The notes under the pieces were generated by a model. The model was not told where the DNA came from. It saw nothing but the letters and a program-made list of their open reading frames with translations, and did no database searches. 60,893 nucleotides of DNA from a virus (lineage: Duplodnaviria; Caudoviricetes), in the IMG/VR virus record IMGVR_UViG_3300035704_000009, positions 1-60,893 of that record, one strand, 5' to 3'. Below are positions 33,307-43,973 of this stretch, piece after piece; the stretch's first letter is position 1, and each line of letters begins with the position of its first letter. A program made the translations under genes and the position numbers.

Positions 33307-33651
33307 GTGCGGAACAGGCTGCGGGCCGCGGGGACAGGGATCGCCGCAGGCGGGGCGTGGGCGCTGGCGTGGCTCGTACCGGGGGTGCGGGCGGAGATCC
33401 TGGCGTCCTTCGCGGCGCTGACGCTCACCCTGGCCGCGCTGGGGCTCCTGGTGCTGCCGTCGAGGTTTTCGTGCTTCATGGCCGGGCTGAGGGGCGCGGA
33501 GATCCTCTCGGGGCGCGCCGAGGACAGCGCCGGGCCGGGCGGGGACGGCCCGATCCTGACGATGCTCCGGGACGCCACCCGCGGCCGGTTAGAGCGCTAC
33601 GCAGACGCCGAGCACGAGGACCCCGAGGCACACGCCGCCGGGCTGGCCTGA
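33307..33651 (+). CDS. Membrane protein
   Basis: Two TM segments; GGAGG RBS. Confidence 0.55.
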   Translation: MRNRLRAAGTGIAAGGAWALAWLVPGVRAEILASFAALTLTLAALGLLVLPSRFSCFMAGLRGAEILSGRAEDSAGPGGDGPILTMLRDATRGRLERYADAEHEDPEAHAAGLA

Positions 33652-34557
33652 GGCCGGCGGGGACGCGCTGACCGACACCAGCGGCGAGGACAGGACGCTC
33701 TTCACGGGCGAGGTCACCGGGGCCAGCACCGAGGGGACCAGCCCGGGCGGGGGCGGGGACGGGGACGGGGTATCAGCCGGCAGCGGGGAGGGCGACGGCT
33801 CATCGGACTGGGTACCCTCGCGGTCCCGGCGGCGGCGCACAGCGGCCGGGGGCTGGTGGAAGCGGCGGGCGTGGCGGTGGTGGCGCACCGCGGCGGCGGG
33901 CGGGCCGTGCGTCCCGGACGGGGCGGGGGACGTGGCGGGCATGAGCACGAACGCCGCTCCGGCGACCACGGCGGTTAACGACGCGCCGGCGAGGGCGGCA
34001 TGCCCGGCGTGGGCGCGGGAGATCCCGAGCGCCCGGCGGGCGAACCTCACCACCCCGGCCGCTACCGCTACCACGGTGGCGGGGCGCAGGCGGGAGGCAC
34101 GGTGGGCCATCCGCAGCGTCCGGCGGCGGTGACCGGGCGGCAGGGCAGCGGACAGGATCAGGTCCCGGCCGTCGCTGTCGTCCGGCACCGACAGGGCGAG
34201 CAGGCCGGCCGGGAGGGCGCGGGCGAACACGCGCACCGCCCCCGGTGTCCCCGCGGCGGCACGGCGCGCTGGCCCCGGGTCAGCCGGTGCCGACGCCGTG
34301 GTGATGGCGTCCCACACCTCGCCCGGGGAGCCTCCCGGGCCGACGACGGCGATCACGCCGCGCCCCAGCCGGACCACCTGGCCGTCCCCGGGGGCGTTGG
34401 CCAGGGCGTGCACCAGGACCGGCGGCACTCCCGCCACGGTGACCACGGGTGCCTGTCCCTGCGCCTCGGCGAGCTGGGCCTCAAGCTCGGTGATCCGCCG
34501 GCGCGCCTCCTCGAGCGCGCGGGCAAGGCTGCCTGGCTGCTGCGCGGCGTCGCGCAT
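33589..34557 (-). CDS. Membrane protein with Pro-rich extracellular tail
   Basis: Coiled N-terminus, TM segment, PS-rich region; downstream of the repressor. Confidence 0.55.
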   Translation of the reverse strand: MRDAAQQPGSLARALEEARRRITELEAQLAEAQGQAPVVTVAGVPPVLVHALANAPGDGQVVRLGRGVIAVVGPGGSPGEVWDAITTASAPADPGPARRAAAGTPGAVRVFARALPAGLLALSVPDDSDGRDLILSAALPPGHRRRTLRMAHRASRLRPATVVAVAAGVVRFARRALGISRAHAGHAALAGASLTAVVAGAAFVLMPATSPAPSGTHGPPAAAVRHHRHARRFHQPPAAVRRRRDREGTQSDEPSPSPLPADTPSPSPPPPGLVPSVLAPVTSPVKSVLSSPLVSVSASPPASGQPGGVCLGVLVLGVCVAL

Positions 34558-34595
34558 TGCCCCTCCCTTTGGTGAGTCCCTGCCGCCTTCAGATC

Positions 34596-35201
34596 TCAGG
34601 CCTTACGCGCCTGCCCCCAGTTGCTTTCATCTCCGGGATTGCTGCGGGCCGCGGGTGGCAGCGGGCCGCGGGCGTCCAGGTCCCCGGCGTCGAGCAGGCC
34701 GAGCTGCTCGTAGACCTCGCGGGCGTTCACGCCGAGCTCGGCGGCGATGACGCGGGCCTCGCGGGCCGTGATGTCGGCCGGGGCCTTCATGCGTGAGTCA
34801 CGGTGCCAGCCAAGGTGACGGAACAGTGCCTCCGCGTCATCCAGGGGCCTGCCCTGGGCGCGCATCCGGGCGGCGACCCACACCATGACGTCGGTCATCG
34901 GCCTCGGTGCCGGTGCGGGCTCGGGCCGCCCGTCCGCGGGCATCAGCTCGCCGCCGTCAAGGAAGGCCTCGATGGAGCCGGGCTCCAGCCCGTAGATCAC
35001 CTCGGCGAGGGTCAGCGTCTCGTCCGCGTACAGGCCGGGCCGCTCGCCGTGCTCGAGCCGGGAGAGGGTCTTGGCGGACAGTTTCCCGCCGCGGTCGCGG
35101 GCGAACGTGCCGCGCTGGCGGAACCCGTAGCCCAGCTGCCCGCGCCTTTTGCGCAGCGCGGCGCCGAGCCGTTCCCAGGCTTCTGGCGGGTATTTGCCCA
35201 T
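34596..35201 (-). CDS. Immunity repressor (XRE HTH)
   Basis: WERLGAALRKRRGQLG...LSAKTLSRLEHGER; divergent from the Cro-like gene. Confidence 0.8.
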   Translation of the reverse strand: MGKYPPEAWERLGAALRKRRGQLGYGFRQRGTFARDRGGKLSAKTLSRLEHGERPGLYADETLTLAEVIYGLEPGSIEAFLDGGELMPADGRPEPAPAPRPMTDVMVWVAARMRAQGRPLDDAEALFRHLGWHRDSRMKAPADITAREARVIAAELGVNAREVYEQLGLLDAGDLDARGPLPPAARSNPGDESNWGQARKA

Positions 35202-35437
35202 GACTGTCCCGTCTGTGGCGCTCCGGTACTCATGCTGACGGACATAACGAGCCCCGTCAACCCTGACGGCCCATGAGCGTACAGGCAGTGTCTTCGCCGG
35301 GCCGGTCATGTCCGGCAGTGGCCGCCGGCATGTCTCCCGATAGCCGTAAGACCCCCGTGTCCCGTCCCGGAGAACTCGTGTCCCTTAGTGGCCGGCAAGA
35401 GCTTGCTATGCCCGGAGATAGCCGGTAGCGTGGCGGC

Positions 35438-35758
35438 ATGAACGAGACACCAGCGGACACCGCGAGACCCGTTCGCAAGGGTGGCCGGCCCCGCAGCCCC
35501 ATCATCCAGAACGGTGACGCGATCCGCAGTCTCCGCGAGAAGGACGGCTCGACGCAGGGCGAGTTCGCCGCGGCGGTCGGCATCAGCCAGGCCGCGCTGT
35601 CGAACATCGAGAACGAGAAGAAGGCCGCTGGGCGGCTCACGCTCAACCAGATCGCCCGGGCGCTGTGCGTGCCCACGCGGGCTGTCATGGCCTGCCCGCC
35701 AGTACGTGAGGCAGAGCCAGCCGAGGCGGAAGACAGCCCGCACGAGGTAGCCGCCTAG
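35438..35758 (+). CDS. Cro-like XRE HTH protein
   Basis: NGDAIRSLREKDGSTQGEFAAAVGISQAALSNIENE; leaderless (TAGCGT 6 nt upstream). Confidence 0.9.
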   Translation: MNETPADTARPVRKGGRPRSPIIQNGDAIRSLREKDGSTQGEFAAAVGISQAALSNIENEKKAAGRLTLNQIARALCVPTRAVMACPPVREAEPAEAEDSPHEVAA

Positions 35759-35802
35759 GAAAACACCAAGCCCCCCTGCGCCGAGCAAGCAGAGGGGGGC
35801 CG

Positions 35803-36222
35803 GTGGAGGCAAAGCACCTTCACCGCCCAGCATACAGAAAGCAGGCAAAGTCCTTGAGTATCACCGCACTCACGGCGCGCCCGGCCCCGACCGTGACGCC
35901 CGATCCGGCCACCGGGACCGCAGTGCAGCGGGCCGCCCTGGCTCAGGGCCTGGTCGACCTGGCCGCGCTGATCACCGCGCACCCGGACGCCCCGATCGTC
36001 AGCTTCGGCGGCGTGCACACCGACTTCACCTACTGGCCGCAGGGGACCGCTGACTACAAGCGCGCCGAGGTGGACCGCGTTGCCGCGATCCTCGGCCAGT
36101 CCGCGCACTACGAGGCCTACGGGGCGCTGTACGTGACCGAGCGGAACTTCGGGCTCGTGTCCTACCGGGCCGTCGCCCTCCTGCGGGAGAACAAGCCAGA
36201 CGCCGGAAGGACCGCGGCATGA
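35803..36222 (+). CDS. Hypothetical protein
   Basis: Early-operon ORF; start uncertain. Confidence 0.6.
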   Translation: MEAKHLHRPAYRKQAKSLSITALTARPAPTVTPDPATGTAVQRAALAQGLVDLAALITAHPDAPIVSFGGVHTDFTYWPQGTADYKRAEVDRVAAILGQSAHYEAYGALYVTERNFGLVSYRAVALLRENKPDAGRTAA

Positions 36223-36518
36223 TGACGATCTTCACCGACACCATGGACTCCGACCCGGAGCGCTACGAGTGGCTGTTCGGGAAGGCACCCTGCCCGTACC
36301 CCCTGCCGAGTGCGGAAGCGGCGCAGGAGGCCGCAGAGGCGGAAAGCGGCAGCGAGGACGAGCGCGCCCCCGCTGAGGCGCAGGACGCCGCACCGGAGGC
36401 CGAGCCCGGGGACAGCGCACCGGCTGAGACCGGGGACGCGGAGCCGCACGAGCCCGAGCACGCTGCCGAGGTTCCCGCCGCCGTACTGGCTGAGCACCCG
36501 CTGGACGGTGCCCGGTGA
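36219..36518 (+). CDS. Acidic hypothetical protein
   Basis: Coupled ORF. Confidence 0.5.
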   Translation: MMTIFTDTMDSDPERYEWLFGKAPCPYPLPSAEAAQEAAEAESGSEDERAPAEAQDAAPEAEPGDSAPAETGDAEPHEPEHAAEVPAAVLAEHPLDGAR

Positions 36519-36808
36519 GCCTTGAGGAAGCGCCCTATTACTGGGTTGAGTGCGACGGCTGCGGCGACCGCTGCGAGTACGGCGACTTCTCTGCCTACGC
36601 CGACTCCGGCATGGCGATCGACGGGGCACTGGAAGCCGACTGGACCACGGACGGCACGAAGCACCACTGCCCCAGTTGCCCGACGCTCACCACGTGCGAC
36701 AACTGCAGCAAGCCCGCAGGCGATGACGCTGCCGACCGGGACGGCCTCTGTGCCGCCTGCCATGCGGACGCCGAGGCGGACGCATGGAACCCGGCGGTGA
36801 TCCCGTGA
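36515..36808 (+). CDS. Zinc-finger protein
   Basis: CDGC, CPSC, CDNC, CAAC. Confidence 0.65.
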   Translation: MSLEEAPYYWVECDGCGDRCEYGDFSAYADSGMAIDGALEADWTTDGTKHHCPSCPTLTTCDNCSKPAGDDAADRDGLCAACHADAEADAWNPAVIP

Positions 36809-37028
36809 CCGACCTCGGGCAGCACGCGAGCATCGCCCGGCGGATGTCCCTGCACCGCAGGGTGGCCCGCAAGATCCTCCCGCTGCCTGTCCGGCTCGCG
36901 TTCGTACGGGCCGCTGACGCACGGCAGCCGCCGGGCGGCAGGCACCACAAGGGCCAGCCGGCCATCACCGCATCACAGACCAACGGGACGGCCGCGGGGG
37001 CCGTGCAGAAGACGGGGGAGTTCTAGAG

Positions 37029-38189
37029 ATGACGGCACAGCGCACCGAGGACGAGTACGGCAGCCGATGGTATGAGTACCCGCCGACCGGCGAGCTGCTC
37101 GACTCGGTCACGACCGTGATCAGCGGGACGGACTCCAAGCCGTGGATCGCCTCCTGGCATGGCCGCACGTCGATGGCCTGGGCGGTGGACCACCTGGAAG
37201 CCGTCGCGCGGGCCAAGGTCCTCAAGGGCCGCCAGGCCGCGATCGACCTGGGGAAGGACGAGGCCGAGCACCTCCGCGACATCAAGCGGGACGCCGGGAC
37301 CTACGTCCACGACGTGCAGGAAAAGCTGATCCTGTGGGCCGCCTCACCAGGGCGCACCGGGGCCGACATCACGCTGCCGGTCCTCCCTGATCATCTGCTG
37401 GACGCCCTGTATGACGGTGAGCCGCTCACCGAGGTCGTGGACTTCATGGTGGACGGGTTCATCCGGTTCGTCTCCGACTTCAATCCGCAGTTCGTGGCGA
37501 CCGAGATGAGGGTGTTCAACCAGCCGCTCGGCTATGGCGGCACCCTGGACATGATCATCACCCTGGACGGGTACGCGATCAGCTTTGGCACGAGCCCGCG
37601 CGGCGACGATGAGATCGTTGCCAGTCCTGGCGCCGGCCTGGTTCCCTGCATCGACACGAAGACCGGCAGGAATCCCGAGGGCACCTGGAAAGAGCAGATG
37701 GCGGCCTACCGCCGAGCCCGCGAATGCCTGCTGCCGCTCGGTGAGATCTGCCCCATGCCGGCCACCGACTGCGCCATGGTCCTGCACCTGCGGCCGGAAT
37801 ACCCGGACGGCTACCTGCTGATGCTGGTCTCCGCGGCCGAGGACGAGGCGGCGTGGGCCCGGTTCGAGCGCGCGGTCAGCATCTACCGCGAGCGGCAGGC
37901 CGTGAAGGGCAAGCCCGGGACGTCCATCCGGCCGCTGAGGGCGGACGGCACGATGCCGGGCCCGCGGCTGTGCGACCTGGCCGCCGAAGGCTACGGCCAC
38001 GCCCTGGCCCCGCTGCGTAAGGCACTGGGTGCCGCGACCGAGCTGGAAGACCTGGCCCGCTTCACCGAGGCAGAGATCCGCAGGGTCAAGGGGGTTGGCC
38101 CGAAGCTCATCGTCACCATCCGGCAGATGCTCGCCGACCACGGCCTGTGCCTCGCGGGCGAGCAGGCTCTGGCCGGGAAGGCGGCCTGA
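37029..38189 (+). CDS. PD-(D/E)XK exonuclease (RecE/Cas4-like) with C-terminal HhH domain
   Basis: SVTTVI, GTYVH, ATE, YGGTLD, IDTKTG, QMAAY; VKGVGPK. Confidence 0.85.
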   Translation: MTAQRTEDEYGSRWYEYPPTGELLDSVTTVISGTDSKPWIASWHGRTSMAWAVDHLEAVARAKVLKGRQAAIDLGKDEAEHLRDIKRDAGTYVHDVQEKLILWAASPGRTGADITLPVLPDHLLDALYDGEPLTEVVDFMVDGFIRFVSDFNPQFVATEMRVFNQPLGYGGTLDMIITLDGYAISFGTSPRGDDEIVASPGAGLVPCIDTKTGRNPEGTWKEQMAAYRRARECLLPLGEICPMPATDCAMVLHLRPEYPDGYLLMLVSAAEDEAAWARFERAVSIYRERQAVKGKPGTSIRPLRADGTMPGPRLCDLAAEGYGHALAPLRKALGAATELEDLARFTEAEIRRVKGVGPKLIVTIRQMLADHGLCLAGEQALAGKAA

Positions 38190-38190
38190 C

Positions 38191-39309
38191 ATGGCCATCC
38201 TGGATATCCAGCGCCGTGGCCAGCAGATCGGCCGCATCCGCATAGGCCAGCAGGTCGCCACGGGCAGCGGCAAGATGCGCCCGGCCCGGCTCGACACCTT
38301 CCGCTTCACCACGGGCAGCAGGGTCAGCGCCGACGCCATCGCCGAGCTTTACGGCGGGACCGTCCGGGACTGGGAAGGCCAGTTCGAGGTCATCACGAAG
38401 CAGAACGCCATCGGCGTGACCGTCCCGCCGCGGGACCAGGTCGTCTCCCAGTGGTACGAGATGTGGAACAAGGGCGGCTGCCTGCGGCGCTGCGACTCGC
38501 AGACCGAGACGATCAGCAACGGCCCGTGCCAGTGCCCCCACGCCGAGGACCCCTCCGACGCCGGGGCGGTGGCGAACGCGGCGGCGAAGCGTGCCGCGAT
38601 GGCGAAGAGCAACCCGCCGCAGGCGTGCAAGCTGGTCACCCGCATCTCCGTCATGATCCCCGACCTGCCCGGCCTGGGCGTGTTCCGGCTGGACTCCGGC
38701 TCCTATTACGCCGCCGTGGAGATCGGGGACTCCGCCGCCCTCATGCAGATGGCGCGCGACAAGGGCATCTTCCTGCCGGCCATGCTGCGGATCGAGCAGC
38801 GCAAGCGTGTCGCGGGCGGCACAACCACGCCCTACCCGGTGCCGGTGCTTGAGGTGCTGGCCACGTTCCGGGACATCGCCACCGGCGCGATCGAGGCGGC
38901 CGGGATCGCGGCGCAGCTTCCCCCGGCTCCCGGGGAGCGGCGCGCGATCACCAGCGGCCAGCCCGCGCCAGCGCACGCAGCGCAAGTGCCAAGCGACCCC
39001 GGGCGGGATGGCGAACTGGACCTGCTCGCCCAGCAGATAGCTGACCTGGTGCCGCTCGCCACCGAGCGCGAGGACGTGACCAAGCTCGCGGAGCGGGCCA
39101 AGGCGGCGGGCGTATTCCAGCGGCCGGTGTGCACCGACAAGCGGCTGGACGTGTGGGAGGACCTGCATAACTTCCTTGACGCCCGGTGGCGGAAACTGCC
39201 AAGGCACGGACGCGGGCCCGCAGCGGGCCCGGCGCCAGTGGCCGCCGACCAGGACCCGGGGCCAGATGAGGGCGAGTGGCTGGGGGTGCCTGATGACCCG
39301 GCCGTATGA
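38191..39309 (+). CDS. Recombination protein (actinophage Gp3/RDF-like family)
   Basis: IGRIRIG...RPARLDTFRFTT, RRCD, CKLVTRISVMIPDLPGLGVFRLDSGSYYAA; follows the exonuclease. Confidence 0.7.
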   Translation: MAILDIQRRGQQIGRIRIGQQVATGSGKMRPARLDTFRFTTGSRVSADAIAELYGGTVRDWEGQFEVITKQNAIGVTVPPRDQVVSQWYEMWNKGGCLRRCDSQTETISNGPCQCPHAEDPSDAGAVANAAAKRAAMAKSNPPQACKLVTRISVMIPDLPGLGVFRLDSGSYYAAVEIGDSAALMQMARDKGIFLPAMLRIEQRKRVAGGTTTPYPVPVLEVLATFRDIATGAIEAAGIAAQLPPAPGERRAITSGQPAPAHAAQVPSDPGRDGELDLLAQQIADLVPLATEREDVTKLAERAKAAGVFQRPVCTDKRLDVWEDLHNFLDARWRKLPRHGRGPAAGPAPVAADQDPGPDEGEWLGVPDDPAV

Positions 39310-39688
39310 GCCCGCCACGCCGGTCAGCGCCGAGCAGGCCCTGGACGAGTTCAAGGCCGGCCTGGACCGCGCCGAGCAGGCACTGACGAAGGCCCGCAAT
39401 GACGAGCTTGAGGCCGAGAACGCCCGCGACCGGGCCAAGGCCGCAGCGCTGCTGTCCGATCACTGCCCGAGGACCGGGGTGTTCGCCGGGGTCCGGGTGA
39501 CCGTGGCCGAGCGTGACGCCTGGGTGGCCCGGGAGATCGAGCCTCTTGAGCTGGAGTTCCGGGCGGCCCGCGAGGTGCGCCGGGCGGCGTCGCTGCGGTT
39601 CGACAAGATCCGCAAGCAGGGCTCGTTTCAGCAGTCCATCAACACCAACGCCCGCGAGTCCTACCGCGGTTACGGGGGCCGGTCATGA
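39293..39688 (+). CDS. Coiled-coil hypothetical protein
   Basis: TVAERDAWV helical protein. Confidence 0.65.
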   Translation: MTRPYEPATPVSAEQALDEFKAGLDRAEQALTKARNDELEAENARDRAKAAALLSDHCPRTGVFAGVRVTVAERDAWVAREIEPLELEFRAAREVRRAASLRFDKIRKQGSFQQSINTNARESYRGYGGRS

Positions 39689-40068
39689 AGCGCAGCACTC
39701 CGCTCGGCCGGAGCAAGCCGCTGGCGCGCCGTACGTCGCTGACAGCCAGGACCCCGCTGAAGGCCAAGAGTGCGCCGATGCGGAGGACGCCGATGCCGCA
39801 GGTGAGCAGGAAGCGGGCCAGGGAGATCCGCGAGCGCCGAGCGATGCTCCAGGCGAAGTATCCCGGCATCACCTTGTGCGAGGTGCCGTTCTGCAACTGG
39901 GTCGCCGATGACGCGCACGAGCCGCTGACCCGCGCCCGCGGCGGGTCGATCACCGACTCCTCGAACGTGAAGGCCGTTTGCCGGCCGCACCACGACGAGA
40001 TCACGTTCGAGGAGCCCGAGTGGGCTTACGAACTGGGTTTCCTTCGGCACTCCTGGGAGGCGGCGTGA
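39685..40068 (+). CDS. HNH endonuclease
   Basis: CEVPFC...DAHEPLTRARGGS...NVKAVCRPHHD. Confidence 0.8.
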   Translation: MKRSTPLGRSKPLARRTSLTARTPLKAKSAPMRRTPMPQVSRKRAREIRERRAMLQAKYPGITLCEVPFCNWVADDAHEPLTRARGGSITDSSNVKAVCRPHHDEITFEEPEWAYELGFLRHSWEAA

Positions 40069-42328
40069 TGGACACCGGATGGCGCTGCGAGGCCGGGTGG
40101 CGTGGCTGCCCGCATGGCTGCGCCGACACAGCCCAGGGAAGATACCGGCGCACCTGCACGCACGGCCACACCTACGAGGGCTACTTGTGCGCGGAGCACG
40201 CGAAGCCGCCGGCTAGCGCCTGGTGCCGCTCCTGCCATGACGAAGGACACCGCTGCGAGCTTGACCTGACCCGCATCAGTGCCGCGCCGGGCACCCCGGC
40301 CACGGTAGGTGCAGCGTGAACACCTTCTGGGGTGCCATCGCCAGCGGCGCACTGCGGGGCGCGGAGCCGGAGCGCAAGCGCTGGAAGATCACCATGCGCG
40401 ATGACAACGCCGAGCATCAGATCCGCATCAGGCTCGTCACGGGCGGCCCGGAGATCGCCGTGTCCTGCGTATGCCGCGACCGCGCCGGCGAAGGCCCGCT
40501 CGCCGCCCGGACCCGCTGGGAACCGGACGAGCCCATTGCGCTCTGGCGCGAGCACATGGCCGCCGCAAGTGCCGCATGAAGCCCCGCCAGCCCGTCAGCC
40601 CCCGCCGCGCTGCTGCCGTCACGGCCGCCGACTTCACCGCCTGCGCCATCACCGCCCTGGCGCTGGCCGGTACCCGTCCCGCGCTCGCGTTCGGTGCCTG
40701 CCTCGCGCTCAACGCGGGTGCCGCCGTGGCCCTGCCAGCCCCCGGGGTGACCTGGGCGGCGCGGCTGGCCGGCCGGATGACCCCCCGCCGGGTGAAGCGG
40801 CTGCTGCGCGTCCCGGTGGCGATCCTGCGCACTATCGCTGACCTGCTGCGCATGGCCGCCTGGGATGTGCCCGGCGCGGCCCGCCTCCGGGGCAGGCGGC
40901 AGCACCGTCACTGCCGTCTGAGCGATACCGAGATCGCCGTGTTCTGGCGCGATGAGGCGCGGAGGGCCCGGCCATGAACCGCCGCGCCGTCGCTGCTGCT
41001 GTCGTCGCGGCTGCCACTGCGGGAGCTACCGCCGCATGGCTGCAGGCAGCCGAGCGGAACAGCCGCCGGCTGCTGGGGATGCCCGCGCATCACCCGGAGC
41101 ATGTGGCCCGGCCGTACCTGCACGGGCGATGGAACGTGCTGCAGGTGCGGCTGTGGCCGGGCCAGGAGTACGTGGACGTCATCGAGGAAGAGCGGCGCGG
41201 GCGGGGTGGATACCAGTGATCGCCCTTGCCGTCCTCGCCGCCGCAGGACAGGCCATCCACGAGGCCCTGATGCTGGCCGCCTTCGCCGCTGGTGCCCTGG
41301 TGCTGCTGGCCGTGGTCCTCGCCGTGGCGGCCATCGCGGGCAGGCGGGACCGGAAGCCGCGCCGGCTGGACGAGGCCCTGCACGGCCCTCCCAGCTTCGA
41401 GGAGCAGGCCCTCCTGGACGCCATCAAACGGGGGGACATTCGGGGCCCCGACGAGACAGGGAGCGATGAGTGAACACCGGAGAGACGGTACTGACGATCA
41501 CCGAGGCGGGAGCGTTCGCTTTCGCCGCGCTGGCCATCATGCGGGAGGCGGTGAAGCGGCCCTGGGTGCGGTTCAGCGTCTCGTGGAGCTTCGCCATCCT
41601 GCCCGCTGACAAGCGTGACCCGGCACCAAGGAAGGGACGCCCTGAGACACCTGCCGTGGCTGCTGGTGCAAACCCGGCAGTCACGGCGGGCCAGGACCCG
41701 GCACAGACGATCAGGACGGCGGCGGCGTGAGCGACGTCCCCGGACTCGTGATCGTGCGTGAGGACGGCCCGCGGGAGTCCCTGGCCGTCCTGCACGCCCC
41801 CTCGGGTGTCGCCGTCATCTGCGACCTGGCCGGGCCGGCGACCGCGCAACTGGCCGCCGAGGACCTCGGCGGGATCGAGGGCCTGGACTGGACGATGAGC
41901 GCCGCAGAGGTCGCGGACACCGCCGACTTGCTGCTGCACGTGGGGACCGCCGTGGACGCCATAGCGCGCAAACACGCCGGCACCACCCTGGGCTCCCAGG
42001 CGGTGTACGCCGCGTGACCTCATCCCCCGATCGTGCTGCCGCCCGGCCACCCGGTGAGCCCCCGCCCCGGGTGAGCGTGGCAGCACAGCCGGCCGTGCCC
42101 GCTCCTCCCCCCCATGCGGGCACGGCCGGCACCCCTGGCTCACTTCCGGTGCGGCCACCGCGCTGCGCAGGTACGGCTACGGGGACGCCGGACGGCATCT
42201 GCGGGCACGGCGAGGCTTCCCACGACATCCGCGCCAGGGACGGAGCCCGGACGGTCTGCTCGGTGCTCCTGGGGCCGCGCGGGAAGCGGTGCGGGTGCAA
42301 GGCGTACGTGGCGGGTGAGGGCGGATGA
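40068..42328 (+). other. Run of small coupled hypothetical ORFs (40068-40319, 40316-40579, 40576-40977, 40974-41219, 41216-41473, 41470-41730, 41727-42017, 42014-42328)
   Basis: Consecutive ATGA/GTGA overlaps. Confidence 0.55.
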
Positions 42329-43968
42329 GCCTGCGCACCGGGAGTCTCTGCTCCGGCTACGACGGCCTCTGGCTGGCCATCGAGTCGGTGCTCGGCGGTG
42401 AGCTCGCCTGGGTCGCCGACAATGACCCGGGAGCGGCGGCGATCCTCGCCCACCACTTCCCCGCAGTGAAGAACCTCGGGGACATCACGCTCACCGACTG
42501 GGCCGGCGTGGAGCCGGTCGACGTCCTGTGTGCAGGCTTCCCGTGCCAGGACGTTTCGGCGGCCGGTAAGCGTGCCGGACTCAAGGCAGGCAGCCGGTCC
42601 GGCGTGTGGCTGGAGATCGGGACTGCCATCGCGGCCCTCCGCCCCTCGCTGGTCGTGATCGAGAACGTCCGCGGGCTCCTGACAGCGCGCGGCGACGACC
42701 CCACTGCCGAGCACCTGGCCGCCGAGGCAACCCGGGACGCGGCCGTCCGCTTGCTGGCATGGCTGGAAACAGAGCACAACCTGGCGATCATCAAGGGGGA
42801 CAGCCGCCGTGCGAGACAGTGCATCACGCGAACCATCCGCGTCATGGGACTCCGGAAGCGGGCAGTGGCTCGATGCCAGTGGCACGAGCGGCGACTTGTT
42901 CGGGCTATCGGTACCGTTCTCGGGTCGCTGGCCGGCCTCGGGTATGACGCGCAATGGGTTCTTGTATCCGCGAGCGATGCCGGGGCACCACACCGCCGCG
43001 AGCGCGTCTTCATCCTCGCCTGGCCTGCTGCCGACGCCGCGAACGGCGGACGGGATGCACTCCACGATGGAGGCCAACCGGTGGCGGATGGCCCGCCACC
43101 GGGAGTCCGGGGCCAGGGCATGGCGGGGGACGATCGAGGAAGCCGTGTCCCTGCTGCCAACGCCGGCGGCCACGGACGGGAAGGGGGCGAGCCGGCCGGA
43201 TGGGCGGGTGAGACCGGACGGCCGGGTACGGAAACCGGGCGACTCGGATCTGCCGGAAGTAGTCCAGTTGCTCAAGACACCGACTGCACAACTGGCAGTG
43301 AATGGCGGGAGCCAGCACCCGGACAAGCGCCGGGACGGCGGCCACGGGCCGACACTGGCCGATCAGGTGGAGCACCAGCTCCTGCCGACGCCGAACGCGA
43401 CGGACAGCCAGGGAGGGCCCCGGGCGGTGCCCGAGAGGCGCACCAGCCGCGGGAAGGATCACGGCCCGCGGCTGAGGGATGTGGCACCGACGCTCCTGCC
43501 AACCCCAGCAGCGAGGGACGGAAAGGGCCGGGACATGCCGGGCCGGGACGGGGGGCGGTCGCTGCCAGACCTGCTCCTGGCGACGCCGAGGGCGTCGGAC
43601 GGTGGCTGGGGGGGCGACGAGAACGGGAAGGGTGCGAGAGCGAGCAGCTCCGGGTGGGGACTGCGGAACGAGACCCGGGCGATAGCCAGCCAGTCACCTG
43701 GGGAGCCTACGAGCCCGCCATCCGCCGCTGGGAAGCAATCCTCGGCCGCCCAGCACCCCGGCCAACTGAGCCTGGACGGACTGGAGAGCGACTGAGCCCT
43801 CGGTTCGTCGAGTGGCTCATGGGCCTGCCTGACGGGTGGGTCACGGACGTCCCCGGGCTGACCCGCAACGCCCAACTCAAAGCCCTGGGGAACGGCGTGG
43901 TGCCACAGCAGGCCGCGATGACCCTGCGGCTCCTCCTCGGTGCGGTTGAAGCGGGAGCGGCTGCATGA
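42325..43968 (+). CDS. DNA (cytosine-5) methyltransferase
   Basis: SLCSGYDG, AGFPCQ, IENVRG, PHRRERVF, LGNGVVPQQA. Confidence 0.9.
   Translation: MSLRTGSLCSGYDGLWLAIESVLGGELAWVADNDPGAAAILAHHFPAVKNLGDITLTDWAGVEPVDVLCAGFPCQDVSAAGKRAGLKAGSRSGVWLEIGTAIAALRPSLVVIENVRGLLTARGDDPTAEHLAAEATRDAAVRLLAWLETEHNLAIIKGDSRRARQCITRTIRVMGLRKRAVARCQWHERRLVRAIGTVLGSLAGLGYDAQWVLVSASDAGAPHRRERVFILAWPAADAANGGRDALHDGGQPVADGPPPGVRGQGMAGDDRGSRVPAANAGGHGREGGEPAGWAGETGRPGTETGRLGSAGSSPVAQDTDCTTGSEWREPAPGQAPGRRPRADTGRSGGAPAPADAERDGQPGRAPGGAREAHQPREGSRPAAEGCGTDAPANPSSEGRKGPGHAGPGRGAVAARPAPGDAEGVGRWLGGRREREGCESEQLRVGTAERDPGDSQPVTWGAYEPAIRRWEAILGRPAPRPTEPGRTGERLSPRFVEWLMGLPDGWVTDVPGLTRNAQLKALGNGVVPQQAAMTLRLLLGAVEAGAAA
42809..43795 (+). 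CDS. Overlapping alternative-frame ORF with six LLxTP repeats
   Basis: 328 aa stop-free frame nested in the methyltransferase, with repeats LL(P/K/A)TP...DG. Confidence 0.55.
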   Translation: MRDSASREPSASWDSGSGQWLDASGTSGDLFGLSVPFSGRWPASGMTRNGFLYPRAMPGHHTAASASSSSPGLLPTPRTADGMHSTMEANRWRMARHRESGARAWRGTIEEAVSLLPTPAATDGKGASRPDGRVRPDGRVRKPGDSDLPEVVQLLKTPTAQLAVNGGSQHPDKRRDGGHGPTLADQVEHQLLPTPNATDSQGGPRAVPERRTSRGKDHGPRLRDVAPTLLPTPAARDGKGRDMPGRDGGRSLPDLLLATPRASDGGWGGDENGKGARASSSGWGLRNETRAIASQSPGEPTSPPSAAGKQSSAAQHPGQLSLDGLESD

Positions 43969-43973
43969 GCGCG

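Noticed and set aside
37029-38189. Cas4-like nuclease as part of a CRISPR system
   Set aside because: No cas1/cas2 and no repeat-spacer array seen; its context is phage recombination.
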